Source: Acidobacteriota bacterium | GTDB taxonomy: Bacteria > Acidobacteriota > Thermoanaerobaculia > Gp7-AA8 | Length of the DNA stretch: 64,000 bases | Direction of reading: 5' to 3' | Assembly: GCA_019244185.1 (NCBI GenBank) | Contig: JAFATB010000023.1 | Span: forward strand, 96,001 to 160,000 | Shown: piece after piece, positions 18,685-28,317 of the stretch | How the letters are laid out: every line of letters begins with the position of its first letter | Position numbering within the stretch: the stretch's first letter is position 1 | Made by a program: the position numbers and the translations under genes | Notes under the pieces: generated by a model | Databases searched by the model: none | The model's input: only the letters and a program-made list of their open reading frames with translations | What the model was told of the DNA's origin: nothing

Positions 18685-20019
18685 ATGCCGTCTTCCGCAT
18701 CGTCCGCTCCATCGCTCGCCCGCCGCCTCGGCGCGTTCGACGCGACGATGCTGGTCATGGGCGGCATCATCGGCTCGGGCATCTTCGTCAACCCGTCGGT
18801 CGTCGCGCGGCACGTCGCGAGCGCCGGGCTGATCCTCGGCGTTTGGGCGGCGGGCGGGGCGATCGCGCTGATCGGCGCGTTCGTTTACGCGGAGCTCGCC
18901 GCGCTGCGTCCCGAAGTCGGCGGACAGTATGCGTATCTGCGCGACGCGTGGCATCCGTCGGTCGCGTTTCTATACGGCTGGTGCATGTTGCTCGTCGTGC
19001 AGAGCGGCGGGATGGCGGCGGTGGCGGTGACGTTCGCGCGCTACGCGTCGGAGCTCACCGGCACGTCGCTGCCGGAATGGCTCGTGGCCGCGGGGACGCT
19101 GGCGATTCTGACGCTGATCAACTGCTTCGGCGTGCGCAGCGGGACGAACACGCAGAGCGCGCTGATGCTGCTCAAGCTCGCCGCCATCGCGATGCTCGTC
19201 TTCGTCGGATTGCGCGTCGCGCCGCATGCGCCGGTGTCGATCGCGCGCGCGTCGGAAGGCGGTTCGCTCCTCTGGTCGCTGGCCGCGGCGATGACGCCGG
19301 TGATGTTCGCGTACGGCGGCTGGCAGACGGCGAGCTTCATGTCGGGAGAGCTCGTGCGGCCGCGGCGCGATCTCGCCATCGGTCTGCTCGCGGGCGTGAT
19401 CGGCGTGATCGCGGTCTATCTCGCGGTGAACTTCGTCTGCGTCCGCGCGCTCGGTCCCGCGGGACTGGCCGCGACGACGACGCCGGCGTCGGCCGTGATG
19501 CGACTCGCGCTCGGCGAACGCGGTGCGACGCTCATCGCCGCCGGCATCGCCGTCTCCACGCTCGGCTTTTTGAGCCAGGGGATGCTCACCGCGCCGCGCG
19601 TCTACTACGCGATGGCGGAGGACCGGCTGTTCTTCCGCGCGATCGGCCGCGTGCATCCGACGACGCGCGTGCCGGTGATGGCCATCGCGCTGCAGGGCGT
19701 CGTGGCGATCGTGATCGCGCTGTCGGGCACGTACGAACAGATCCTCAGCTACGTCGTCTCGGTCGACTTCATCTTCTTCGGCCTCACCGGCGCGGCGCTG
19801 TTCGTCTTTCGGCGCCGCCACGCGTCGGCGGAGTTCAAGATGTTGCCGACGGAGTCCTTCCGGACTCCAGGCCACCCCGTGACGACGCTCGTCTTCACCG
19901 CCTGCTGCTGGCTCGTCGTGGCCGGAACGTTCGTGCGCTCGCCGGTCAACAGTGCGATCGGCCTCGCGATTTTGCTGGCGGGGTTGCCCGCGTACGCGTT
20001 CTGGCGTCGAACGAAGTAG
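18685..20019 (+). CDS. APC family amino acid permease
   Basis: GGIIGSGIF, YAELAA..PEVGGQYAYL, FAYGGW, PRVYYAMA; 12 TM. Confidence 0.93.
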   Translation: MPSSASSAPSLARRLGAFDATMLVMGGIIGSGIFVNPSVVARHVASAGLILGVWAAGGAIALIGAFVYAELAALRPEVGGQYAYLRDAWHPSVAFLYGWCMLLVVQSGGMAAVAVTFARYASELTGTSLPEWLVAAGTLAILTLINCFGVRSGTNTQSALMLLKLAAIAMLVFVGLRVAPHAPVSIARASEGGSLLWSLAAAMTPVMFAYGGWQTASFMSGELVRPRRDLAIGLLAGVIGVIAVYLAVNFVCVRALGPAGLAATTTPASAVMRLALGERGATLIAAGIAVSTLGFLSQGMLTAPRVYYAMAEDRLFFRAIGRVHPTTRVPVMAIALQGVVAIVIALSGTYEQILSYVVSVDFIFFGLTGAALFVFRRRHASAEFKMLPTESFRTPGHPVTTLVFTACCWLVVAGTFVRSPVNSAIGLAILLAGLPAYAFWRRTK

Positions 20020-20493
20020 ATGTACATCCACGAGCAGCCGGAGGATCGCCGCCGCGCGGACCTCCTGATCCGCCAGTCGTTCATCATCACGCAGAGCGGC
20101 GTGTGGATCGTGGTGTTCCTCTTCGTCTTCGTCGTGACGCCGCTCTGGACGCGCGACGTCTGGCCGCTGCTCGATCAGCCCACCGCATGGTCCGCGCAGA
20201 GAGCCGTGCCGCGCGAGCACGATCACTTCGTTTCGGTGCGCGCGGATGGCGCGTTCTTTTTCGACGAACGGCGCGTGACGGCCGGCGATCTCGTCGCAGC
20301 GTTACGCGCCGCGCGCGCCGGGCGCCGGACGTGGGGTACGTTCATCGAGTTCGATGACGTCTACGTACGCGCCGATCGCGCGGCGCCGTTCGGCGCGGTA
20401 CGCAACGTGATCCGCGCCGCGCAGGCGGCTGGTTGCCCGCGCGTGACGTTTCTGTTTCGCCGTGACCCGGATGCTATCGTCGTGTGGGAATGA
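20020..20493 (+). CDS. ExbD/TolR-like membrane protein
   Basis: One TM helix, then VYVRADRAAPFGAVRNVIRAAQAAGC.RVTF. Confidence 0.65.
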   Translation: MYIHEQPEDRRRADLLIRQSFIITQSGVWIVVFLFVFVVTPLWTRDVWPLLDQPTAWSAQRAVPREHDHFVSVRADGAFFFDERRVTAGDLVAALRAARAGRRTWGTFIEFDDVYVRADRAAPFGAVRNVIRAAQAAGCPRVTFLFRRDPDAIVVWE

Positions 20494-21119
20494 AACCGGC
20501 CGCGATTCTCTCGCTTCTCCTCTTCACGTTCGTCCTCGCCGCCGCGGAAACGCCGGCGCCCGCCGCGGATGATTTCGCATTCGTGTTTCTGCGCCGTCCG
20601 CCGAACGCGCCGCAGCTCGATGCGGCGACGGCCGAGCGGGTCCAGGAAGGGCACATGGCGAACATTCGCCGGCTCGGCGGTGAAGGGCATCTCGTCGCGG
20701 CCGGTCCGTTCGGCGACGACACGACGCTGCGCGGCATCTTCGTCTACAAAACGGCGAGCAAGGCCGACGCGGACGCGTGGCTTTCGACCGATCCCGCGGT
20801 GAAGGCGGGGCGGCTCGCGGGCGACGCGCACTTTTTCCGCGCGCCGGCGTCGACGTTCGCCAAGATCGCGGCTGACGCGCCGTTCGTGCCGGAGCAGTAT
20901 GCGATGGTGGTCGCGCCGCGGAGCGCCGATGCGCGCGCGGTGCAGCACGCCATCGACGACGCGCGTGCCGCGGGGACGCTCGCATTCGGAACCGCGTTCG
21001 CGGACGGCGGCGGCGTGCTGATCCTGACGGGCGGCGTCGACGACGCGAAGCCGGTCGCGCCGGCGCTGGGCGCCGAGGTGCATCCGTGGCTCACGCAGAA
21101 AGGCGTGCTGGCGCGGTAG
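20490..21119 (+). CDS. Exported YciI-like protein
   Basis: Signal peptide; QEGHMANI...LVAAGPFGD...RGIFV...DPAVKAG; second degenerate repeat. Confidence 0.75.
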   Translation: MKPAAILSLLLFTFVLAAAETPAPAADDFAFVFLRRPPNAPQLDAATAERVQEGHMANIRRLGGEGHLVAAGPFGDDTTLRGIFVYKTASKADADAWLSTDPAVKAGRLAGDAHFFRAPASTFAKIAADAPFVPEQYAMVVAPRSADARAVQHAIDDARAAGTLAFGTAFADGGGVLILTGGVDDAKPVAPALGAEVHPWLTQKGVLAR

Positions 21120-21126
21120 GAGAGCT

Positions 21127-21261
21127 TTAGTACCTCATCCGCTCGACCAACGGCCACGTCGCGTCGGGATCGTCGAGCGGGAACGCCCACGTGTCGTCGT
21201 ACTCGCGGCGCGGCTCTTCGGCTTGTCGTTCGTCGTGCGGCGGTTCGTTCTCGCTTGCCAT
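21127..21261 (-). CDS. Small acidic hypothetical protein (44 aa)
   Basis: MASENEPPHDERQAEEPRREYDDTWAFPLDDPDATWPLVERMRY fills the gap between two + genes; AGAGG upstream of the ATG. Confidence 0.4.
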   Translation of the reverse strand: MASENEPPHDERQAEEPRREYDDTWAFPLDDPDATWPLVERMRY

Positions 21262-21303
21262 CGCCTCTGGACTAATTCGACGATCGTGCCGATTTTGAAA
21301 CGC

Positions 21304-21876
21304 ATGAGAAACGCCGCGCTCGCCGTTTTGCTCGTGCTCGCCACGTCGTTGCACGCCGCGCCGCTGCAGAAGGCCGCGTTCGCCGCCGGCTGCTTCTGGT
21401 GCGCGGAGGCGGCGTTCCAGGATCTGCCCGGCGTCGTCGACGTGGTGTCCGGCTACACCGGCGGCAGCGTCCCGCATCCGACGTACGAGCAGGTCTCCGC
21501 CGGCGGCACGGGCCATCGCGAGGCGGTCGAGATCACCTTCGATCCGGCGAAGATCACCTATGGTCAACTGCTTGACGTGTTCTGGCGGAACATCGATCCC
21601 ACCGATCCGGCGGGGCAGTTCTGCGACAAGGGGCAGCAGTACCTCGCCGCGATTTACGTGCGCGACGACGCGCAGCGGCAGCTCGCCGAGCTCTCGCTGC
21701 GCAACGCGAAGAAGCGCTTCGGCTACGTCTTCACCGACATCCTGCCCGCCGGCCCGTTCTATCGCGCCGAGGAGTACCATCAGGACTACTACAAGAAAAA
21801 TCCGTTCCGCTACCACTTCTACCGCGCGGGCTGTAAGCGCGACGAGCGGCTGAAAGAGGTCTGGGGCCGGCGCTAG
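21304..21876 (+). CDS. msrA: Peptide methionine sulfoxide reductase A, with signal peptide
   Basis: GCFWC, SGYTGG..PTYEQV, GHREAV, FYRAEEYHQDYY. Confidence 0.95.
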   Translation: MRNAALAVLLVLATSLHAAPLQKAAFAAGCFWCAEAAFQDLPGVVDVVSGYTGGSVPHPTYEQVSAGGTGHREAVEITFDPAKITYGQLLDVFWRNIDPTDPAGQFCDKGQQYLAAIYVRDDAQRQLAELSLRNAKKRFGYVFTDILPAGPFYRAEEYHQDYYKKNPFRYHFYRAGCKRDERLKEVWGRR

Positions 21877-21886
21877 GAGCGCGTGC

Positions 21887-23104
21887 ATGTCCGATTGGAT
21901 CGATCTCGGTCCCACCGCGGAGCTCTCGCAGAAGCCGCTGCAGCAGCTCGTCGCCGGCCGCAACCGCTTCGCGGTGTCGTATCGCGACGGCGCGTTCCAC
22001 GTCGTCTCCGGCGTCTGCAATCACAGCGGCGGTCCGCTCGGCGACGGGCGCCTTGACGGCGACTACATCGTCTGCCCGTGGCACAACTGGAAGTTCCACG
22101 CGATCACCGGAGAAGGGGAGCCGGGCTTCGAGGAGGATCGCGTGCCGCGCTACGACTCGCGCGTCGAGAACGGGCGCCTGCTCGTCGATCTCGCCAGCGC
22201 GACGAAGCGCACGAAGAAGCCGCATCCGCCGCATCCGCTCGCGCGTCCGGTCGTGCGCGCGCCCGGCCCCATCCGCGTCGCCGGCATCTCCACGACGGTC
22301 ATGGATGCCGCAAACCCGCGCTACTCGACCTCGGACGCGCTGCTCGAAACCGCGATCGCGCACGCGACCACGATGCTGGCCGCCGAGGGGCGGCTGGTGA
22401 AGCTCAACGAGCTGCACTTCCGCGCGTGCGAGGGCTACTACTCGAAGTCGGCGCAGGCGTGCACGTGGCCGTGCTCGATCACGCAGATGGATCCCGACGA
22501 TCAGCTCGACCGCGTGTACGAGGCGCTCGTGCATTGGGCGGATGTGATCCTCGTGTCGACGCCGATCCGCTGGGGCGCGGCCAGCTCGCTCTACTACAAG
22601 ATGGTCGAGCGGATGAACTGCATCCAGAACCAGGTCACGATCCGTAACCGCGTGCTGCTGAAGAACAAGGTCGCGGCGTTCATCATCACCGGCGGCCAAG
22701 ACAACGTGCAGGCCGTCGCGGGACAGATGCTCGGCTTCTTCGCGGAGATCGGCTGCACGTTCCCGCAGTTCCCGTACATCGCCCATTCGCGCGGCTGGTC
22801 GGCCGAGGACATGGAGCGGAACATCGCCTTCGTGCAGAAGAGCGACGAGCTGCACGACGCGGCGCGGGCGCTGGTGACGCGCGCGTTCGACACCGCGCAG
22901 TTCCTCGTCGCGCATTCCGAGGAAGAGGCGATGGTGGGCGTGCGCGACGCGTTCGTGCGCGCGGGACGGAAGGCGTCGATGAGCGTGAAGGAAGAGCTGC
23001 GCGTCGCCAGCGCGCCGATGCCGTCAACGATGTCGTCATCTTCGCCGGCGCCCGCGCACGAACACGAAACGCGGCTGCCTCCGCCGGCATCGAAGGAACC
23101 ATGA
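21887..23104 (+). CDS. Rieske [2Fe-2S] / flavodoxin-like FMN reductase fusion
   Basis: CNH...CPWH Rieske ligands; ADVILVSTPIRWG, KVAAFIITGGQD flavodoxin fold. Confidence 0.85.
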   Translation: MSDWIDLGPTAELSQKPLQQLVAGRNRFAVSYRDGAFHVVSGVCNHSGGPLGDGRLDGDYIVCPWHNWKFHAITGEGEPGFEEDRVPRYDSRVENGRLLVDLASATKRTKKPHPPHPLARPVVRAPGPIRVAGISTTVMDAANPRYSTSDALLETAIAHATTMLAAEGRLVKLNELHFRACEGYYSKSAQACTWPCSITQMDPDDQLDRVYEALVHWADVILVSTPIRWGAASSLYYKMVERMNCIQNQVTIRNRVLLKNKVAAFIITGGQDNVQAVAGQMLGFFAEIGCTFPQFPYIAHSRGWSAEDMERNIAFVQKSDELHDAARALVTRAFDTAQFLVAHSEEEAMVGVRDAFVRAGRKASMSVKEELRVASAPMPSTMSSSSPAPAHEHETRLPPPASKEP

Positions 23105-23817
23105 ACGACACGCGCCTGCAACTCCATTACGCGCTGCAGTCGGCGGCGGGCGTGGGACGCACGCTGCTGCCGAAGCGTCCCGACGACTCGCACAGCAGCT
23201 TCATGTGGGATCACGCCACGGGCGCGCTGGTGCAGGACCTCGTGGGCGGCGAATACCGCGCGGGGCTGCGCCTCTGCGACATGACGCTGCTGCTGCTCGA
23301 CAAGCAGGATCGCGTGCAGGCGAAGTATCCGCTCGAAGGACGCACGCTCGACGACGCCTTCCGCTTCTTCGAAGAGCACGCCGGACGCATGCTCGAACGC
23401 CCGTGCGAGGCGCTGCCGCCGCATCCGGTCGCGGACGGCGCGACGTTCATGCCGGCATCGTGCGATCTCGAGTCGCTCGCCGCGATGTACGCGACCGCGT
23501 CCGAGGTGCTGGAGCGGTTCCGCGTGAAGCATCCGAACGCCGGTCCGGTGCTCGTGTGGCCGCATCACTTCGACATTGCCACGCTGCTGCGGCGCGGCGA
23601 AACCTCGACGATCGGCATCGGCATGGTTCCCGGCGACGCCACGATCGCGGAGCCGTACTGGTACGTCTATCCGTGGCCGGAGCCGAAGCCGCTGCCGCCG
23701 CCGCTGTCGATCGGCGAATGGTTCACGAACGGCTGGGTCGGCGCCGTGCTGCACGAGACGCGCGATGCGGCGCGGATCGAGTGCTTCCTCGAGGAAGCCG
23801 TCGCCGCGCTGACATGA
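23101..23817 (+). CDS. Conserved hypothetical protein (DUF5996-like)
   Basis: DDSHSS..W, VWPHHFDIA, GMVPGD...EPYWYVYPWP; ATGA coupling to the upstream gene. Confidence 0.6.
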   Translation: MNDTRLQLHYALQSAAGVGRTLLPKRPDDSHSSFMWDHATGALVQDLVGGEYRAGLRLCDMTLLLLDKQDRVQAKYPLEGRTLDDAFRFFEEHAGRMLERPCEALPPHPVADGATFMPASCDLESLAAMYATASEVLERFRVKHPNAGPVLVWPHHFDIATLLRRGETSTIGIGMVPGDATIAEPYWYVYPWPEPKPLPPPLSIGEWFTNGWVGAVLHETRDAARIECFLEEAVAALT

Positions 23818-24677
23818 TCCTGCGCAACTGCGTCGTCAGCGTCGTTCTCTGGATCGCGCTCGTCATCGGCTACACCGCGTTTCTGCAGCGCCGTTCCGTC
23901 GCCTGGCCGTTCGCCGGCGGCGTGGCCGCGGGAACGGTCGCGGCCTTCGGCCTCCTGCTGCTGCACGGATCGCTGTACGCGTTCCGCGACTTCGGCGCGC
24001 GCAATCGGCTGGCGCGCGGCGAGCGCCCTCACGATGGCGACGTCGTCGCGGCGATCGGGACGATTCATCCGACGTCCGGCGCTCCGCTGCAGTCGCCGCT
24101 GAACGGCGTGCCGTGCGTGCTCTACTCGTATCAGATCGGAGCGCCCGACGACGATCGCAAACGCGGCGGCGTCGCGCGCGCGATCACCGGCTTCGGTCTC
24201 ACGCGCTGCGCGATTCGCACGCCCTACGGCGAATACATCCTCGGCGCGTGGCCGTCGCTGGAAGGCTTTCCGAAGCGGCGCGGCGATCGTGAGCGCGCGG
24301 CGGAGCTGCTGCGCGCGACGCCGTTCAAGACGTTCGGCTTCACCGCGTACGGAAAGGCCATGATGCGTCTCTATGCGACGGCGCCGCCGCTGCGCGAAGA
24401 CTGGCGGCTGAGCGACGCGGAGCTCGACGTCGCATCCGCGGAGCTGCTCGAACAGATCGTCGCGCCGGGCGAGACGGTGACCGCGTTCGGACGCTACGCG
24501 TCGGCGACGAACTCGATCGTCAGCAACGCGAGGACGGAAGGCTTCGTGCGGCTGAAAGCGGGCGGCCAGCTCCGCCCGCCGCAGGCGATTCCGTGGGAAG
24601 GCTTGCTCAAAGCATTCGGCGGCCTCGTCGCGCTGGCGCTTCCGAACGCGCTGATTTACCTGCTGCTCATGCGTTGA
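23814..24677 (+). CDS. Hypothetical membrane protein
   Basis: Two N-terminal and one C-terminal TM helix; ATGA coupling. Confidence 0.65.
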   Translation: MILRNCVVSVVLWIALVIGYTAFLQRRSVAWPFAGGVAAGTVAAFGLLLLHGSLYAFRDFGARNRLARGERPHDGDVVAAIGTIHPTSGAPLQSPLNGVPCVLYSYQIGAPDDDRKRGGVARAITGFGLTRCAIRTPYGEYILGAWPSLEGFPKRRGDRERAAELLRATPFKTFGFTAYGKAMMRLYATAPPLREDWRLSDAELDVASAELLEQIVAPGETVTAFGRYASATNSIVSNARTEGFVRLKAGGQLRPPQAIPWEGLLKAFGGLVALALPNALIYLLLMR

Positions 24678-25659
24678 CGTCGATGACGATGCGCCCGCGC
24701 ACGCGGTTCGCGAGTAGCTCTTCCGCCAACTCGCGGATGCGCGAGAGCGGCTCGGTGCGCGAGAGCTCTGCCAGCTTCGCGAAGTCGAGGTCGGACGCGA
24801 GGCGCGACCACGCGGCGACGCGCTTCGGGAAGGCGGTATGGATGGAGCTCACGCCGAGCAGCGAGACATTTCTCAGGATCAGCGGCCAGACGGTGGTGTG
24901 GAGCTCGTGCCCTCCGGCCATCCCGCAACACGCGATCGCGCCCTCGTACGCCGTCTGCGCGAAGAGCGTCGTCAGCGTCTGGCCGCCGACGGTATCGACG
25001 CCGCCGGCCCACCGCTCCGACTGCAGCGGGCCGCCCGCTTTCGCGAGCTCGTCGCGCGAAACGATCGACGTCGCGCCGAGGTCGCGGAGATACGATTCGA
25101 GCTCGGGACGGCCGGTCGAGGCCGCGACGCGATGGCCGCGCTTCGCGAGCAGCATCACCGCGAGCGAGCCGACGCCGCCGGCCGCGCCGGTCACGACGAG
25201 CTCGCGCTCCGAAGGCTCGACGCCCGCCTGTTCGAGCGCGAGCACGCAGAGCATCGCCGTGAAGCCGGCCGTGCCGATCTGCATGGCCTGCTCGAACGAA
25301 ATCGCGTCCGGCAGCGGCACGAGTGCGTTCGCCTGCACGCGCTCGCGTTGCGTGTAGCCGCCCCAGTCGGTCTCGCCGAGCCCCTGCGCCATGCCGACGA
25401 CGCGATCGCCCGGTTTGTAGCAGTCGTCGTCGGATGCGGTCACGGTGCCGGCGAGATCGATGCCGAGGATCATCGGGAAGCGGCGGATGATGCGGCCGCG
25501 CGCGGTGACGGCGAGGGCGTCCTTGTAGTTGAGCGACGAGTAGGCGACGTCGATGGTGACGTTGCCCTCGCGAGGGAGCGCGCCGTCGTCGAGCGTCTCC
25601 AGCGCCACGGTGTACGACGAGCCTTCGGATGCGCGCGCGACGAGTGCCTGAAACGTCAT
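24667..25659 (-). CDS. acuI: Acryloyl-CoA reductase/YhdH family MDR oxidoreductase
   Basis: YSSLNYKDALA, GIDLAG, IGTAGFTA, VTGAAGGVGS, ILRNVSLLGV. Confidence 0.88.
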   Translation of the reverse strand: MTFQALVARASEGSSYTVALETLDDGALPREGNVTIDVAYSSLNYKDALAVTARGRIIRRFPMILGIDLAGTVTASDDDCYKPGDRVVGMAQGLGETDWGGYTQRERVQANALVPLPDAISFEQAMQIGTAGFTAMLCVLALEQAGVEPSERELVVTGAAGGVGSLAVMLLAKRGHRVAASTGRPELESYLRDLGATSIVSRDELAKAGGPLQSERWAGGVDTVGGQTLTTLFAQTAYEGAIACCGMAGGHELHTTVWPLILRNVSLLGVSSIHTAFPKRVAAWSRLASDLDFAKLAELSRTEPLSRIRELAEELLANRVRGRIVIDVNA

Positions 25660-25717
25660 GCGGCGCATTCTCTCACCGCGCGCGACTAACGTCCGCGCCG
25701 CGCCCGCGTCTATCGAA

Positions 25718-27550
25718 ATGATGAAACGCGCCGCCTGCCTCGCGATTCTTCTCGCCCAGCTCTTCGCCGTCGCCGCGTACGCCGATGCACTCGACGACCT
25801 CGCGGGACTCTGGAAGGCGAAGAAGCGCTTCGGCCCCGACGCGCGCGGCACGCTGCTGATCGAGAAGGATGGTGATGCATACATCGCCGACTTCGCCGGC
25901 TGGCGCGTGCCGCTGCGTGCCGACGGCGACGAGCTGACCTTCGCGCTGCCGAACGGCGCGGGCGACTTTCGCGGCAAGTTCGAGAACGGCAAGCTGCGCG
26001 GACACTGGATCAAAGCGGCCACGGCGGGGAACTCCGACCGCGCGGTGACGCCGGTGCTGCTCGCGCCCGACGGCGCGCAACGCTGGCGCGGCACCGTCGC
26101 GCCGCTCGAAGACGAATTCACGTTCTATCTGCTGCTGCAGAAACGCGCGGACGGCACGCTCGGCGCGCTGCTGCGCAATCCGGAGCGCGACGCCGGCACG
26201 TCGCAGTATCCGGCCGATCATCTGACGCGCGACGCCGCGAACGTGACGTTGATCGGCAAGCGCGGCGGCAAGGACGTCGAGGTCTCGCACGGGACGTACG
26301 ACGCGGAGCGCCAAGTCTTGACGTTCGTCTTTGCGGGGCGCGGCGGCACGTACGACTTCGAGCGCGAGGACGACCGCAGCGAGTTCTATCCGCGCGGCAA
26401 ACATCCGGCGCGTTACACGTACCACGCTCCGCCCGCGCTCGACGACGGCTGGCCGGTCGCGACGCTCGCGGATGCCGGCCTCTCGCGCGTCGCCGTCGAG
26501 CAGTTCATCCAGCACATCCTCGAGCTGCCGATGGAAGCGCCCGACGCCATTCAGCTCGACGGCATCCTCGTGGCGCGCCACGGCAAGCTCGTGCTCGAGG
26601 AGTACTTCCACGGCCAGAACCGCGAGCGCCTGCACGACACGCGCTCCGCCGCGAAGAGCCTCACCGCCGTCGTCATCGGCGCGGCGATGCAGGCGGGCGC
26701 GCCGTTGCATCTCGACAGCCGCGTGTACGAGGTGATGAACGCCGGCAAGTTTCCGAACGATCTCGAGCCGGCGAAGAAGACGATGACGCTCGAACATCTG
26801 CTCACGATGTCGTCCGGCTACTTCTGCGACGACACGAACGACGCGGCGCCCGGCAACGAAGAGACGATGACCGATCAGACCGAGGAGCCGGATTTCTATC
26901 GCTATACGCTGCGCGTGCCGCTGGTCACGCCGCCCGGCGAGAACTCCGTCTATTGCAGCGCGAGCCCGAACCTCGCCCTCGGCATGCTCGGCGCCGCGAC
27001 GAACGAGTCGCCGCTCTACGCCTTCGAGCGCCTCGTCGCCGCGCCGATGAAGATGACGCGCTACTCGTGGTTCCTCGACCCCGCGGGCCATCCGTACGGC
27101 GGCGGCGGCGCGCGCGTGCTCCCGCGCGACTTTCTGAAGCTCGGGCAGCTCATGCTCAACGGCGGTACGTGGGAAGGAAAGCGCATCCTCAGCCGCGAGT
27201 TCGCCGCGCGCGCGACCTCGCGCCTCTATCACCTGCGCAACGTCTACTACGGCTATCTCTGGTGGAACTTCGACTATCCGTACAAAGATCGCTTCTTGCA
27301 GGCGTACGCCGCCCTCGGCGCGGGCGGGCAGACGCTCACCGTCATCCCCGAGCTCGACCTCGTCGTCGGCACGTGGGCGGCGAACTACGGCAGCGGCTCC
27401 GGCACGCGCGAGGCGGGCACGAACCTCATCCCGCGCCTGCTGCTGCCGGCGGTGCTCGAGGCGGGCGACGATCCGAACACGTCGCTGCGCGAGCACGCGT
27501 TCAAGAATCCCTACGGGCCGTCGAAGGACGGCAGCCGCGTGAAGGAGTGA
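25718..27550 (+). CDS. Serine hydrolase, beta-lactamase family, with N-terminal extension
   Basis: Signal peptide; RSAAKS (SxxK), HLLTMSSG, YCS, YGYLWW, GAGGQ. Confidence 0.88.
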   Translation: MMKRAACLAILLAQLFAVAAYADALDDLAGLWKAKKRFGPDARGTLLIEKDGDAYIADFAGWRVPLRADGDELTFALPNGAGDFRGKFENGKLRGHWIKAATAGNSDRAVTPVLLAPDGAQRWRGTVAPLEDEFTFYLLLQKRADGTLGALLRNPERDAGTSQYPADHLTRDAANVTLIGKRGGKDVEVSHGTYDAERQVLTFVFAGRGGTYDFEREDDRSEFYPRGKHPARYTYHAPPALDDGWPVATLADAGLSRVAVEQFIQHILELPMEAPDAIQLDGILVARHGKLVLEEYFHGQNRERLHDTRSAAKSLTAVVIGAAMQAGAPLHLDSRVYEVMNAGKFPNDLEPAKKTMTLEHLLTMSSGYFCDDTNDAAPGNEETMTDQTEEPDFYRYTLRVPLVTPPGENSVYCSASPNLALGMLGAATNESPLYAFERLVAAPMKMTRYSWFLDPAGHPYGGGGARVLPRDFLKLGQLMLNGGTWEGKRILSREFAARATSRLYHLRNVYYGYLWWNFDYPYKDRFLQAYAALGAGGQTLTVIPELDLVVGTWAANYGSGSGTREAGTNLIPRLLLPAVLEAGDDPNTSLREHAFKNPYGPSKDGSRVKE

Positions 27551-27551
27551 G

Positions 27552-28307
27552 CTACTTCTTCACGGTGCGCGCGAGATAGTCGCGGATGTGCGCATGCGTC
27601 TCGGGCGCACTCCAGAGTTCGCGCACGTCGCCGTCGAACTCCGCGGCGTAGTGTTTCGCGCGCGAGATCGCCGCATCGCGCAGCTGGCGCTTCGTCGCGG
27701 CGAATGCCTGCGCCGGCACCGACGCGAGCTGGCGCGCGACCGCGCTCGCGCGCGCGGGCAGCTCGTCGATGGCCACGACTTCGTCGACCAGACCGACGCG
27801 CAGCGCGTCGTCCGGCGGCAGCGTGCGGCCGCTGTAGATCAAGGCCTGCAGATGCTGCGGCGGGACGACGAAGCGCACCGCCTCGAGCACGCTCGGCGGA
27901 AACGGCACGCCGACGAGGAGCTCCGGCATGCCGATGCGGCCGTTGCCCTGCGCCATCAGCCGGTAGTCGCCGGCCAGCGTGAGGATGCAGCCGCCGGCGA
28001 TGGCGTGGCCGTTCGCCGCGACGACGAGCGGCTTCGGCAGCGCGAACACTTCGAGCAGCATGCGCGAGAGCGCGGGGACGAACTGCTCGGCGTACGCGCG
28101 TCCGCCGTCGGTGAGGCGGAAGAGATCGACGCCCGCCGAGAAGATCGAGCCGGTGCCAGTGAGGATCGCCACGCGGATGCTCTCGTCCGCCGCGACTTCC
28201 GCGAACGCGCGGGCGATGCCGTCGACGAGCTCGATATCCATCGCGCTCGCTTTTCCGTGCGCGAGGCGAAGCGTGGCGATGGAGTCGGCGTCGGTGCGTT
28301 CGATCAT
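27552..28307 (-). CDS. Enoyl-CoA hydratase/isomerase family protein
   Basis: FSAGVDL, NGHAIAGGC, IGMPELLVG. Confidence 0.92.
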   Translation of the reverse strand: MIERTDADSIATLRLAHGKASAMDIELVDGIARAFAEVAADESIRVAILTGTGSIFSAGVDLFRLTDGGRAYAEQFVPALSRMLLEVFALPKPLVVAANGHAIAGGCILTLAGDYRLMAQGNGRIGMPELLVGVPFPPSVLEAVRFVVPPQHLQALIYSGRTLPPDDALRVGLVDEVVAIDELPARASAVARQLASVPAQAFAATKRQLRDAAISRAKHYAAEFDGDVRELWSAPETHAHIRDYLARTVKK

Positions 28308-28317
28308 GCCGCGGATT

